From contig JAZQFQ010000016.1 in the NCBI GenBank assembly GCA_045539595.1, positions 26,973 to 90,972 on the forward strand: a stretch of DNA of 64,000 nt, written 5' to 3'. Below, piece after piece: positions 42,577-50,680 of this stretch (positions are counted from its first letter, which is position 1; each line of letters begins with the position of its first letter). The notes under the pieces were generated by a model that made no database searches, was not told where the DNA came from, and saw nothing but the letters and a program-made list of their open reading frames with translations. Source of the stretch: Eubacteriales bacterium (lineage in GTDB: Bacteria; Bacillota; Clostridia; Oscillospirales; CAG-272). The translations under genes and the position numbers were made by a program.

Positions 42577-43128
42577 TTATTCAAATAACTGATATTGCTC
42601 ACGCAGATTACCATCGATCCATGTAAGGATCTCCGGTTCTGCCAAGGATATCTCGTCTCCCAGAACGGCACGCAATTCCGCACAGGAGAGATGGACGCTT
42701 CCCTTTTCCGTTTGGTGAGTGTACGTGAAATTGACATCGGGACTGCCCTGAATCAGAGTAGTAACGGTACTGACAATGTCACCCAAGGGGACAAAATCAA
42801 TGTGATTCCGGCCGAACCGACCGTGGATCACGGTACCGTGGTCAGGGGATTCAGAGGCCAAGGTAGACTTGATTTCCACAAATCCGCCGGTCATTTCCGC
42901 AAGCATCGTAAGAAACGGGATGCCGAGCCCCACCTTACGGGTAGTGCGTGTGGTAAAAAACGGATCACGCAATTTTGCAACTTGTTCCTGCGACATACCG
43001 CATCCGTTATCGGTTACAGTAAAATCCAGCCAATCGCCGTTTTCAATGATTTCCACGGAAATTTCGCTGGCTTTTGCCCGCACCGAATTCATGGTAATAT
43101 CCAGTACATAAAGAGAAAAATCTTCCAT
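42577..43128 (-). CDS. stand-alone GHKL (HATPase_c) ATP-binding protein
   Basis: N-box LDITMNSVRA, G1 DNGCGM and G2 GLGIPF. There is no DHp/His-phosphotransfer domain. Confidence 0.7.
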   Translation of the reverse strand: MEDFSLYVLDITMNSVRAKASEISVEIIENGDWLDFTVTDNGCGMSQEQVAKLRDPFFTTRTTRKVGLGIPFLTMLAEMTGGFVEIKSTLASESPDHGTVIHGRFGRNHIDFVPLGDIVSTVTTLIQGSPDVNFTYTHQTEKGSVHLSCAELRAVLGDEISLAEPEILTWIDGNLREQYQLFE

Positions 43129-43139
43129 AATTCCCTCCC

Positions 43140-43880
43140 TTACACGTCTGTACGGCGAAGATGCATAAATAATCTTTCCGTAACCAGCTTGGATGAGTAA
43201 GGTTCATCGTCCAAAAGGAAACTGTTTTCCGCTTCGGATATGGCACCCAATTCATGCGCATCCGAAGAAACAACGTATGTCATCTCTCCAATGTGCGGAT
43301 ATTGGGTTCGGTATTTCGTCAAGGAGGCCGCATCGTGCAATTCAAACGCAGTAAACGGTGGATCGGTGGGAAAACCACCCAGTACTGAAACCATTCCGTT
43401 GGATGTCCGGTCGATGTGGGCCGGATAGGCGATGCCGCCGCAGGACTCCGCCAGGGAGTATGCCTCATCGATCGATATGGTGGTAGCGTTGATCAAAAGA
43501 TCCGCTTCCTCTTCCAGAATGGTATCTTCCTCATCCATCACATACTGATGACCGAAAATTGCCGGTTTGTTTTTGATCCGTATACGACGCTCATCCACAA
43601 TTTTTTGAAAAGCGGATGCATCGTCCAATGTGGGAAAGAGGCAAATGATATGTACATCTTCCGATGTGGTCAATTCCATACCCGCAATGGGAATCAAGCC
43701 GTAACTGTGTGCGGCCTGAAAAAATGCGGGACAATTGCGAGTCGTGTTGTGATCCGTCAATGCAACAATCTGCAATCCGTTCAATGCCGCCATACCGGCG
43801 ATATTGGCTGGAGTAGCATCATCATCCGCGCACGGCGACAGGCAGGAATGAATATGCAGATCATAGAAATAACGGTTCAT
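43140..43880 (-). CDS. PHP-domain phosphoesterase
   Basis: N-terminal DLHIHSCLSPC and LTDHNT metal-binding motifs of the PHP family. The start overlaps the upstream stop (ATGA). Confidence 0.75.
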   Translation of the reverse strand: MNRYFYDLHIHSCLSPCADDDATPANIAGMAALNGLQIVALTDHNTTRNCPAFFQAAHSYGLIPIAGMELTTSEDVHIICLFPTLDDASAFQKIVDERRIRIKNKPAIFGHQYVMDEEDTILEEEADLLINATTISIDEAYSLAESCGGIAYPAHIDRTSNGMVSVLGGFPTDPPFTAFELHDAASLTKYRTQYPHIGEMTYVVSSDAHELGAISEAENSFLLDDEPYSSKLVTERLFMHLRRTDV

Positions 43881-44212
43881 GGGTGCTCATCCGCACTTTT
43901 AGCGATACTCACACACAGATCATACGCGCTCTCGCAGGAAGAATAGATGGCAATTCCCTTTTCATTGGCCGCCTCAAACACATCCGGTGTCAGAGAGACG
44001 TTTTCGGCTAAAATAACTGCCGCGGCTTCCGTCAGACTGGCGACAGCCACCACATTGATGTTGTTCATGATGGTAATCCACAGATTGCCTGCCTGAATAT
44101 GGCTCATGGCGCGGCTTAAGAGATCACCCACATAGACCCCATCGAAGTCATCCGCCGTGGGGCCGCAAAGATGTTTTAGGGAAACTGCCTGGGAAAAATC
44201 AGAAAGATGCAT
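43877..44212 (-). CDS. DRTGG-domain protein (copy 2)
   Basis: 111 aa, similar in length and pattern to the ORF at 46012-46371. The domain assignment comes from family memory and context. Confidence 0.5.
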   Translation of the reverse strand: MHLSDFSQAVSLKHLCGPTADDFDGVYVGDLLSRAMSHIQAGNLWITIMNNINVVAVASLTEAAAVILAENVSLTPDVFEAANEKGIAIYSSCESAYDLCVSIAKSADEHP

Positions 44213-44235
44213 ATCATCACCCCGAAAAAGGTTTG

Positions 44236-45552
44236 TTAGGTTTTCTTATAATTCAGCGGTTTCAGTGCCTCTGCCGCCGCCTTTTCTTCATGCTGCTTCA
44301 GATAATCGTGGAACAGCGCGCGCATGATCACAGTACATTCATCTGCGTTCGTTTCGCCTTTGATGATGTCTTCGGCGAATGCGATACAAGTTGGTGCGCC
44401 GCAGGAACCGCAGTCTGTACCTGGAAGCGCGCGGCAAATTTCCTCAATATCATGAAGCATCTGCATGGCTTTTGTCCGATCATCAGCCAGTCTGGCATTC
44501 GGCTCATAGGAAAGTGCAGAATTCCGCATGGAGTCCTCCGGAATGGTATCCCCTGTGGGACGATTCGGAGATACAGGCAGATATCGCTTCAGATTCTGCA
44601 GTCTTGCCTGAGCGATATACGGATTGGCAACCGTCATGGCACCGCCGACACAACCGCCATTGCATGCATTCAATTCCACGTAATCCAGATTGTTGATATC
44701 TTCATTATCAATCTGTTCCAGTACACGGATGCAGTTTTCTATGCCGTCCGCGGCCAGATACCGATGATTGAATGTAGCGGTTGCTTCGCCTCCTGTGGAA
44801 GCCCATCCGATACCAACCATACCGGATTCGGTAGCGGCATTGGGGGCGTTTTCCGCTTTCATAACCTCCAGCAAACGGAAATAGGCATCTCTCACGGAAA
44901 TCACATGATCAATGAGTTTTTCCTCACCGGAGAAACCGTTCTTCACATAGCTGACCTTTGCCGGACAAGGCGAGATAAAGAACACACCGATATCATCACT
45001 GCTGAGTTCCGGATGCTCTTCCAAAGCCTTCTTTCTTGCCATTTTAGCGGCTATATCAACCGGTGGAAGGAGCGGAATAACGTGATCGCAGAGGAAGGGA
45101 TAATTCATACTGATAATGCGCATGATAGCGGGACAGGCCGAACTGATAACCGGTTTCGGAACATTCGGATTATTCAAGTAGAGCCGCGTATACGCCGAGA
45201 CGATCTCGGCGGCGATAGCCACTTCGAACACATCGTCAAAACCGATTGCCAACAGTCCGGAGATCACATATCCGATATCATCCAGATTATCAAACTGGCC
45301 GTACAAAGACGGTGCCGGAAGTGCGATTTTGTATTTGTACTGATCCAGTTGGGAAAATGAGTCGTGAATTGCTTTTTTGGCTTTATGAGGGCACACACGT
45401 ATGCACTCGCCGCAATCGATGCAGCGCACGGAACTGATAACCGCCCGACCGTCCCGAATACGGATCGCTTCGGTAGGACAGCGCTTCAGGCATGTCGTGC
45501 ATCCTTTGCACTTGCTCTCATCAAGCGAAACGGAATGCTTGTATGTACTCAA
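44236..45552 (-). CDS. sensory-type [FeFe] hydrogenase-like protein (HydS-like)
   Basis: N-terminal 2x[4Fe-4S] motifs (CKGCTTCLKRCP, CIDCGECIRVCP). The H-domain has variant motifs SSACPA, SPCPAK and ACNGGCVGG. A C-terminal Cys cluster (CGSCGAPTC...EC) is present. GAGGTG upstream suggests a TTG 45552 start. Confidence 0.7.
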   Translation of the reverse strand: MSTYKHSVSLDESKCKGCTTCLKRCPTEAIRIRDGRAVISSVRCIDCGECIRVCPHKAKKAIHDSFSQLDQYKYKIALPAPSLYGQFDNLDDIGYVISGLLAIGFDDVFEVAIAAEIVSAYTRLYLNNPNVPKPVISSACPAIMRIISMNYPFLCDHVIPLLPPVDIAAKMARKKALEEHPELSSDDIGVFFISPCPAKVSYVKNGFSGEEKLIDHVISVRDAYFRLLEVMKAENAPNAATESGMVGIGWASTGGEATATFNHRYLAADGIENCIRVLEQIDNEDINNLDYVELNACNGGCVGGAMTVANPYIAQARLQNLKRYLPVSPNRPTGDTIPEDSMRNSALSYEPNARLADDRTKAMQMLHDIEEICRALPGTDCGSCGAPTCIAFAEDIIKGETNADECTVIMRALFHDYLKQHEEKAAAEALKPLNYKKT

Positions 45553-45596
45553 GACAGCACCTCGCCTTTCGAGCGGCGATACCAAGCACAACCCGT

Positions 45597-46019
45597 TCAG
45601 TAATTGACGCGCATGGTGATGGTTGTGCCAACGCCGATCTCAGTATCAATTTGCATGTAGTCGGTATACTTCTTCATATTGGGGAGTCCCATTCCGGCAC
45701 CGAAACCCAAGGCGCGAATATTATCGCTGGCAGTAGAAAACCCCTCCTGCATCGCCTTATTGATATCCGGAATACCGGGACCTTTATCCGCCAGAATGAT
45801 TTCGATGGCATTCTCGCCGACGATTACATCCGCAGTTCCGCCGTGTGCATGGATGACCATGTTGATCTCGCCCTCATACATAGCGATGGAAACGCGCCGC
45901 ATTACGTCGGGTGAAAAGCCAAGCTGCCGCAGTTTTTTCTTCACCATGACAGACGCTTCACCGGCGGAGGAGAAATTCTCCCCATCCACATCAAAGTGGA
46001 AGCGAATCACATCAGGCAT
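45597..46019 (-). CDS. RsbW/SpoIIAB-like serine kinase (anti-sigma-factor type GHKL protein)
   Basis: N-box EGEINMVIHA, G1 DKGPGI and G2 GFGAGMGLPN. About 140 aa from ATG 46019, which overlaps the upstream stop by 8 nt. Confidence 0.65.
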   Translation of the reverse strand: MPDVIRFHFDVDGENFSSAGEASVMVKKKLRQLGFSPDVMRRVSIAMYEGEINMVIHAHGGTADVIVGENAIEIILADKGPGIPDINKAMQEGFSTASDNIRALGFGAGMGLPNMKKYTDYMQIDTEIGVGTTITMRVNY

Positions 46020-46371
46020 GTTTGTCACCCGAATTGCCGCGCAGGCCGGAATAGTACAAGTGACCACATGCCTCATACGCGCGCATGGGAGAACACATGA
46101 CGACTATTCCGCATTCGCGGGCAAGTTCGACCATTTCCTCCGTGGGTGCCTTATCACGAACAAACACCACGCAGATCATGTCCATCATGCTGGCTGTACG
46201 GATAACCTGCGGGTTGATCAAACCGGTCAGCAAAACACCCTGATCTTTGACATATGCCAAAACGTCACTCATCATATCGCTGCAGCAAGCGGAGTACACT
46301 TCATTCTGAAGATATTCCTCTCCGCAAAGCAGTTCTGCATGGAGCAGCGACTGAATTTCATACATTTTCAC
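46012..46371 (-). CDS. DRTGG-domain protein (copy 1)
   Basis: 119 aa with the VLLTGLINPQVIRTA pattern typical of DRTGG domains. Confidence 0.55.
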   Translation of the reverse strand: MKMYEIQSLLHAELLCGEEYLQNEVYSACCSDMMSDVLAYVKDQGVLLTGLINPQVIRTASMMDMICVVFVRDKAPTEEMVELARECGIVVMCSPMRAYEACGHLYYSGLRGNSGDKHA

Positions 46372-46444
46372 GAATGTATCCGCGCCGACGGTGTCGGCAT
46401 CCTTTCACAGTAAGTGTAACGGCGGTAATACACCGCTGGCGGGA

Positions 46445-46939
46445 TTACTGATATTTCTTAATAATGTCGGGGAGCATGGAAGGTTCCAGACGGCCATATA
46501 CATCCTCACCGATGGTAAGTACAGGTGCAAGACCGCATGCACCGATGCAGCGGGTTGCATCCAGACTGAACTTGAGATCGCTGGTCAGGCTGCCGCACTC
46601 GATGCCCAGCAGCTCTTCGCACTTCTCCATCAGTTTGCCTGCGCCTTTTACGTAGCAAGCCGTGCCCAGGCAGATGCTTACCGGATTGGCGCCCTTGGGG
46701 TTAAGCAGGAACTGGGAGTAGAAGGTAACAACGCCGAACACCTCGGATACGGGAATATCAAGACCGGCGGCGATCTCCTGCTGTACCTCAACAGGCAGAT
46801 AGCCGTAGATGTCCTGTGCCTCCTGAAGGATGGGCATCAGAGCACCACTTTCATCCTTGTACTTGGCAATAACAGCGTCGAGAGCAGCCTTCTGCTCTGC
46901 TGTACCTTCAAAAGGTACAGTGGTCATTTTCTTTTTCAT
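46445..46939 (-). CDS. hydC: NuoE-like [2Fe-2S] subunit of bifurcating hydrogenase (HydC/HndA)
   Basis: 164 aa. Cys ligands occur in ICLGTACYVKG and TRCIGACGLAP. AGGAGGA SD. It is the first gene of the operon. Confidence 0.85.
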   Translation of the reverse strand: MKKKMTTVPFEGTAEQKAALDAVIAKYKDESGALMPILQEAQDIYGYLPVEVQQEIAAGLDIPVSEVFGVVTFYSQFLLNPKGANPVSICLGTACYVKGAGKLMEKCEELLGIECGSLTSDLKFSLDATRCIGACGLAPVLTIGEDVYGRLEPSMLPDIIKKYQ

Positions 46940-46982
46940 GCTTAATCAGTCCTCCTGTATTGATTTCAAATCATTTTTTATG

Positions 46983-47011
46983 ATTATAACATGTTTAGCT
47001 ATAATTGTCCA
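46983..47011 (-). promoter_or_regulatory. promoter of the hydrogenase operon
   Basis: On the minus strand: TGGACA (47011-47006), a 17-nt spacer ending in TGt, then TATAAT (46988-46983). It lies ~45 nt upstream of the hydC start. Confidence 0.6.
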
Positions 47012-47017
47012 CGTTAA

Positions 47018-47035
47018 TTTGTACAAAAGTGCAAA
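47018..47035. promoter_or_regulatory. imperfect inverted repeat upstream of the hyd promoter (candidate operator)
   Basis: TTTGTAC-AAAA-GTGCAAA. The half-sites TTTGTAC and TTTGCAC differ at 1 of 7 positions. It sits just upstream of the -35. Confidence 0.25.
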
Positions 47036-47869
47036 TTATTTACAGAAATCCGCTACTGCATCGGCCGCCTTATCCAGGTAATCAACCTCCATCAGTTCGA
47101 TGATTCCTTTATCGCAGAGAGACGCAAGATTCGGATCCAACGGAACCCGTCCCAGGAAAGGAATTCCATAGGTCTCGCACAGAGTCTCCGCTTTACTCTC
47201 ACCGAAGATGTGCATCTCCTTACCGCAATCCGGGCACTTTACATAGGACATATTCTCTACCAGACCGATCACGGGAATGTTCATGAGCTGTGCCATGTTC
47301 AATGCCTTCTTGACGATCATGGAGACAAGTTCCTGAGGGGTTGTGACAATGATGATGCCGTCGAGAGGAAGCGACTGGAATACAGTCAGCGGTACGTCGC
47401 CGGTTCCCGGAGGCATATCCACAAACATAAAGTCCACGTCGTTCCAGATTACGTCAGTCCAAAACTGCTTGACCGTTCCCGCGATAACGGGACCGCGCCA
47501 GACCACAGGACGTGTCTCGTCTTCCAGAAGGAGATTGACAGACATCATCTGGATGCCGGTTTTGGTTTTCAACGGAATCAATCCGTTGCCATCGCTGTAC
47601 ACGTCACCGGTGGTTCCGAAAGCCTTCGGAATGGAAGGACCGGTGATATCTGCGTCCAGGACGGCTACACCGTAATCACGGCGACGCATCAGCACAGACA
47701 TCATGGAAGTAACGATGGATTTACCGACACCGCCTTTACCGCTGACGATGCCGATGACGTGACGAACCGTGCTTTGAGGATTCAACGGTTCCTTTTCGAT
47801 CTGTCCCTTGTCTCTGGACGAGCAGTTCGCCGTACAAGTAGAACAGTCATGGGTGCATTCTTCTGCCAT
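47036..47869 (-). CDS. Mrp/NBP35 family Fe-S cluster carrier ATPase
   Basis: Deviant Walker A GKGGVGKS. N-terminal Cys-rich stretch (CTHDCSTCTANC). C-terminal CPDCG. ATG 47869. Confidence 0.85.
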   Translation of the reverse strand: MAEECTHDCSTCTANCSSRDKGQIEKEPLNPQSTVRHVIGIVSGKGGVGKSIVTSMMSVLMRRRDYGVAVLDADITGPSIPKAFGTTGDVYSDGNGLIPLKTKTGIQMMSVNLLLEDETRPVVWRGPVIAGTVKQFWTDVIWNDVDFMFVDMPPGTGDVPLTVFQSLPLDGIIIVTTPQELVSMIVKKALNMAQLMNIPVIGLVENMSYVKCPDCGKEMHIFGESKAETLCETYGIPFLGRVPLDPNLASLCDKGIIELMEVDYLDKAADAVADFCK

Positions 47870-47914
47870 TGTAAATAAATCACCTGCCAAAAGTAGTTAT
47901 AATATATCCATAAT

Positions 47915-47943
47915 ATTATACTGCATTTCGCACATAAATACAA
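47915..47943 (-). promoter_or_regulatory. sigma-A promoter of the Mrp-like gene
   Basis: On the minus strand: TTGTAT (47943-47938), a 17-nt spacer, then TATAAT (47920-47915). Confidence 0.5.
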
Positions 47944-48031
47944 GTCTTATTCTCAAAGAAATTGCTGATTTTGTTAAAAAAAAGAAGAAAGCCGCCCGAA
48001 ACGGACGGATTCCTCTTTTTCAAAGGTCAAT

Positions 48032-50674
48032 TTATGATCTGTTGTACAATTTCATCATTACAAAAACAACGGCAGAAGGAAGCATCACCAGAAGCCACAC
48101 GCGCCAATCCACAACAGCAAATCTGGAAACACACCTATGCACCAGAATGAACAGTATCGCTGCTGCGGTCAGAAGATATACAAGATTCATACTCCCGGCA
48201 CGAGCACGAACTCCGGAGGGCGATTTTCCCCCGGCTCTGCAGGTATACACAGTCACCACGGATACAACCACCGTGCTGATCAGCTGAACAGCCAGAATAG
48301 CATTGGGATCAAAAATCCACGATAGATTCCGGCACAAAAGCAACGAGAGAGATATAAGCATACCGGACAGAACCCCCATTCCGACGGCAGCCAGTATACC
48401 GTTTGTCCAGCCGGGCAGCATCAGCTGTTCCGCAGTCAAGGTGAAAACATTCTGTTTTGGCTTTCGAAAAGCAATCAGCAGAATGGAGAAACAATCCAGG
48501 ATGCATCCCAAAAACAGAATCGACGCAGGGGAAGGCAGCGGTAAATCCGTTAAAACAGCCACCAGCATCAAAACAATACGCAAGCTTTGGGTAATCAGCA
48601 AATACATAGAAGCACAGCGCAAATTCGCCAGTGCGTTCCTGCTGAAGGCCACCATCCGATACGCATCGGATGCTCCGCCGCTGCCGGGGCAGCAGCCCAC
48701 TTGATTTCTATGATGAATGATCGCATCCGCACGCCGCGAGAGTGACTCCACGATCGTGTCCGCGCTTCGCTCCACGGCAATGGAGGCAGACTGTTTCAGG
48801 CATGGCAGATCTGCGAGTTTATCACCCACGTACACCACCCCTCGCGCATGATTCTGGATCTCACGAAGCACCGCTTCCCTGTCGGATGCAGGAATCTGCA
48901 CCAACAGATTTCCCCTATCACGCGACTCCAAGGCATCGGAAACCGAATCAACTCCTGTACAAACAATATCCTGCTCCGCCAGAAGTCCGACTTCCTTCGC
49001 AATATATTCTGCGCTTTCTGCATCTTCGCAAAAAACAACTGTGCGCATTTCTCCCGACCGACACTGTTCGATCCATGTTTTACCATTCACTTCCAGCGCA
49101 TTGCTCACCGAGAAACAGCCGAGAAAGGTCATATTGTACTGCACAGCGGATGGCATAGACAAATCCTGAAAAGGAGATAAGCGCCGCGCAATGGCTATGG
49201 TTCGGCGATTGTGTGCTCTTTCCTCATGTGCATACGCCATCAAGGAAGCATACATCTCTCTTGACAAATGTTGTGCCCCGCCATGGATTTGTATGCGGGA
49301 ACAGCAGCGAAGCACATCCTCCACACTTCCGCACACGCATGCGTACGTTGCGTTATCCTCAGAAATATGAGCCGTACACAAAGCATGGCAGGTGACGGAT
49401 TCAAGGCAGGCAGCATGGGAGGAGATAATACTCGCATGCGGGTAAGATGCGCACAGGGCAGAAAGGTATGTATGCAGATCACTGGGCCGTCGATGCTCAC
49501 CGCCGACATCCAAAGATTGATTGGCACCGGTACATCGCAGCAGCAAAGAAAGGTAGTTCTCTACCTCTCTTGGCATCGGATCATCCGATGCTGCGCGCTG
49601 GACATGGCCGTCCTCCCTCATCCATGAGGAAATCGTCAGATGGCCGGACAAAAACAGACGTTCACTGGAAAACACTATCCAATCGGCATTTCCCATACGT
49701 TCTGCCGCCTGAAGAGATTTCACTCTGCAGGCGCCATTTGTCTCCGTCTGAAGAAGCTGGATCGAGCAAGCAAAAAATGCAGCGGCAGCAGTATTCAGGA
49801 ATTCGCCCATAGACGCGACCGTCAAGGCCAGTATAGATAAAAACAGCTCCGCCAAAGCCATGCGGCGATCCGACGCAAATATTCCTACAAACAGCAGGAC
49901 AACGCTGATCAGGATCATCCATAGGGATACATTCTTACTCCAGCGGGCAATACGGCGGATGGTTGCGGTATCGTCATCGGCTTCAATGCGGATATATCCG
50001 CCGCACGCGTATGCATAGGTTCTCTCACCTGCGGCAATCGCCACTCCGACTGCGCTGCCGCCAATCACCGTGGAAGCGGCGAATAATGTGTTGCTGCGCT
50101 CCCACCAGACTGAATTCTCCGGCACAGTATCCGCCGAATTTTTCCGGATACAACGCCGATTCCCAGAGAAATATGTCTCTGATACCTCCAACTCACCGGA
50201 AATCAGCCGGGTATCACAAACCACCGTATCACCGGGAGAAAACAGAAGAATATCCCCTTCGACCACCTGATCCGCAAACAAATAACAGGCTTGACCGTCT
50301 CGCATCACGCGGCAGCGCGGCAATTTATAGCGACGAGCACGAAGCAGTATTGCACGGGAAATCAGGCAAGTCCCTGCGCGCAGAGCAATCGACAGAATCA
50401 AAATCGAAAGGATTCCCCAAACATCATTATTTTTATCGAAGAAGGCAGTAAGACCGATTGTCAACAAAAACAAGATCGTGGCGTAATCCAGAACGGAAGA
50501 CAAAACCGACGAAATCACCGATGGTGATTCAGCAATCCATAAAGAACTCCCGCTCGCACCGCGCCGTCTGCCGGCGGTCCGTTCACTCAATCCCGTATAG
50601 CGATTGACGGAAAACGCCCGCAAAACATCTTCGACAGGCATAGCATGCCAGCGATTGGCTCTCTTATTTCCCAT
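48032..50674 (-). CDS. P-type ATPase homologue with degenerate catalytic motifs (predicted non-catalytic)
   Basis: 880 aa, collinear with P2-type cation ATPases (N-terminal cation-ATPase-N, A-domain, 10-TM layout, GDxxxDxP hinge). The catalytic motifs are replaced: DKTGT by SSERL, TGES by FSGN, PEGL by MGEF and TGD by CED. Confidence 0.7.
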   Translation of the reverse strand: MGNKRANRWHAMPVEDVLRAFSVNRYTGLSERTAGRRRGASGSSLWIAESPSVISSVLSSVLDYATILFLLTIGLTAFFDKNNDVWGILSILILSIALRAGTCLISRAILLRARRYKLPRCRVMRDGQACYLFADQVVEGDILLFSPGDTVVCDTRLISGELEVSETYFSGNRRCIRKNSADTVPENSVWWERSNTLFAASTVIGGSAVGVAIAAGERTYAYACGGYIRIEADDDTATIRRIARWSKNVSLWMILISVVLLFVGIFASDRRMALAELFLSILALTVASMGEFLNTAAAAFFACSIQLLQTETNGACRVKSLQAAERMGNADWIVFSSERLFLSGHLTISSWMREDGHVQRAASDDPMPREVENYLSLLLRCTGANQSLDVGGEHRRPSDLHTYLSALCASYPHASIISSHAACLESVTCHALCTAHISEDNATYACVCGSVEDVLRCCSRIQIHGGAQHLSREMYASLMAYAHEERAHNRRTIAIARRLSPFQDLSMPSAVQYNMTFLGCFSVSNALEVNGKTWIEQCRSGEMRTVVFCEDAESAEYIAKEVGLLAEQDIVCTGVDSVSDALESRDRGNLLVQIPASDREAVLREIQNHARGVVYVGDKLADLPCLKQSASIAVERSADTIVESLSRRADAIIHHRNQVGCCPGSGGASDAYRMVAFSRNALANLRCASMYLLITQSLRIVLMLVAVLTDLPLPSPASILFLGCILDCFSILLIAFRKPKQNVFTLTAEQLMLPGWTNGILAAVGMGVLSGMLISLSLLLCRNLSWIFDPNAILAVQLISTVVVSVVTVYTCRAGGKSPSGVRARAGSMNLVYLLTAAAILFILVHRCVSRFAVVDWRVWLLVMLPSAVVFVMMKLYNRS

Positions 50675-50680
50675 AGCAAA

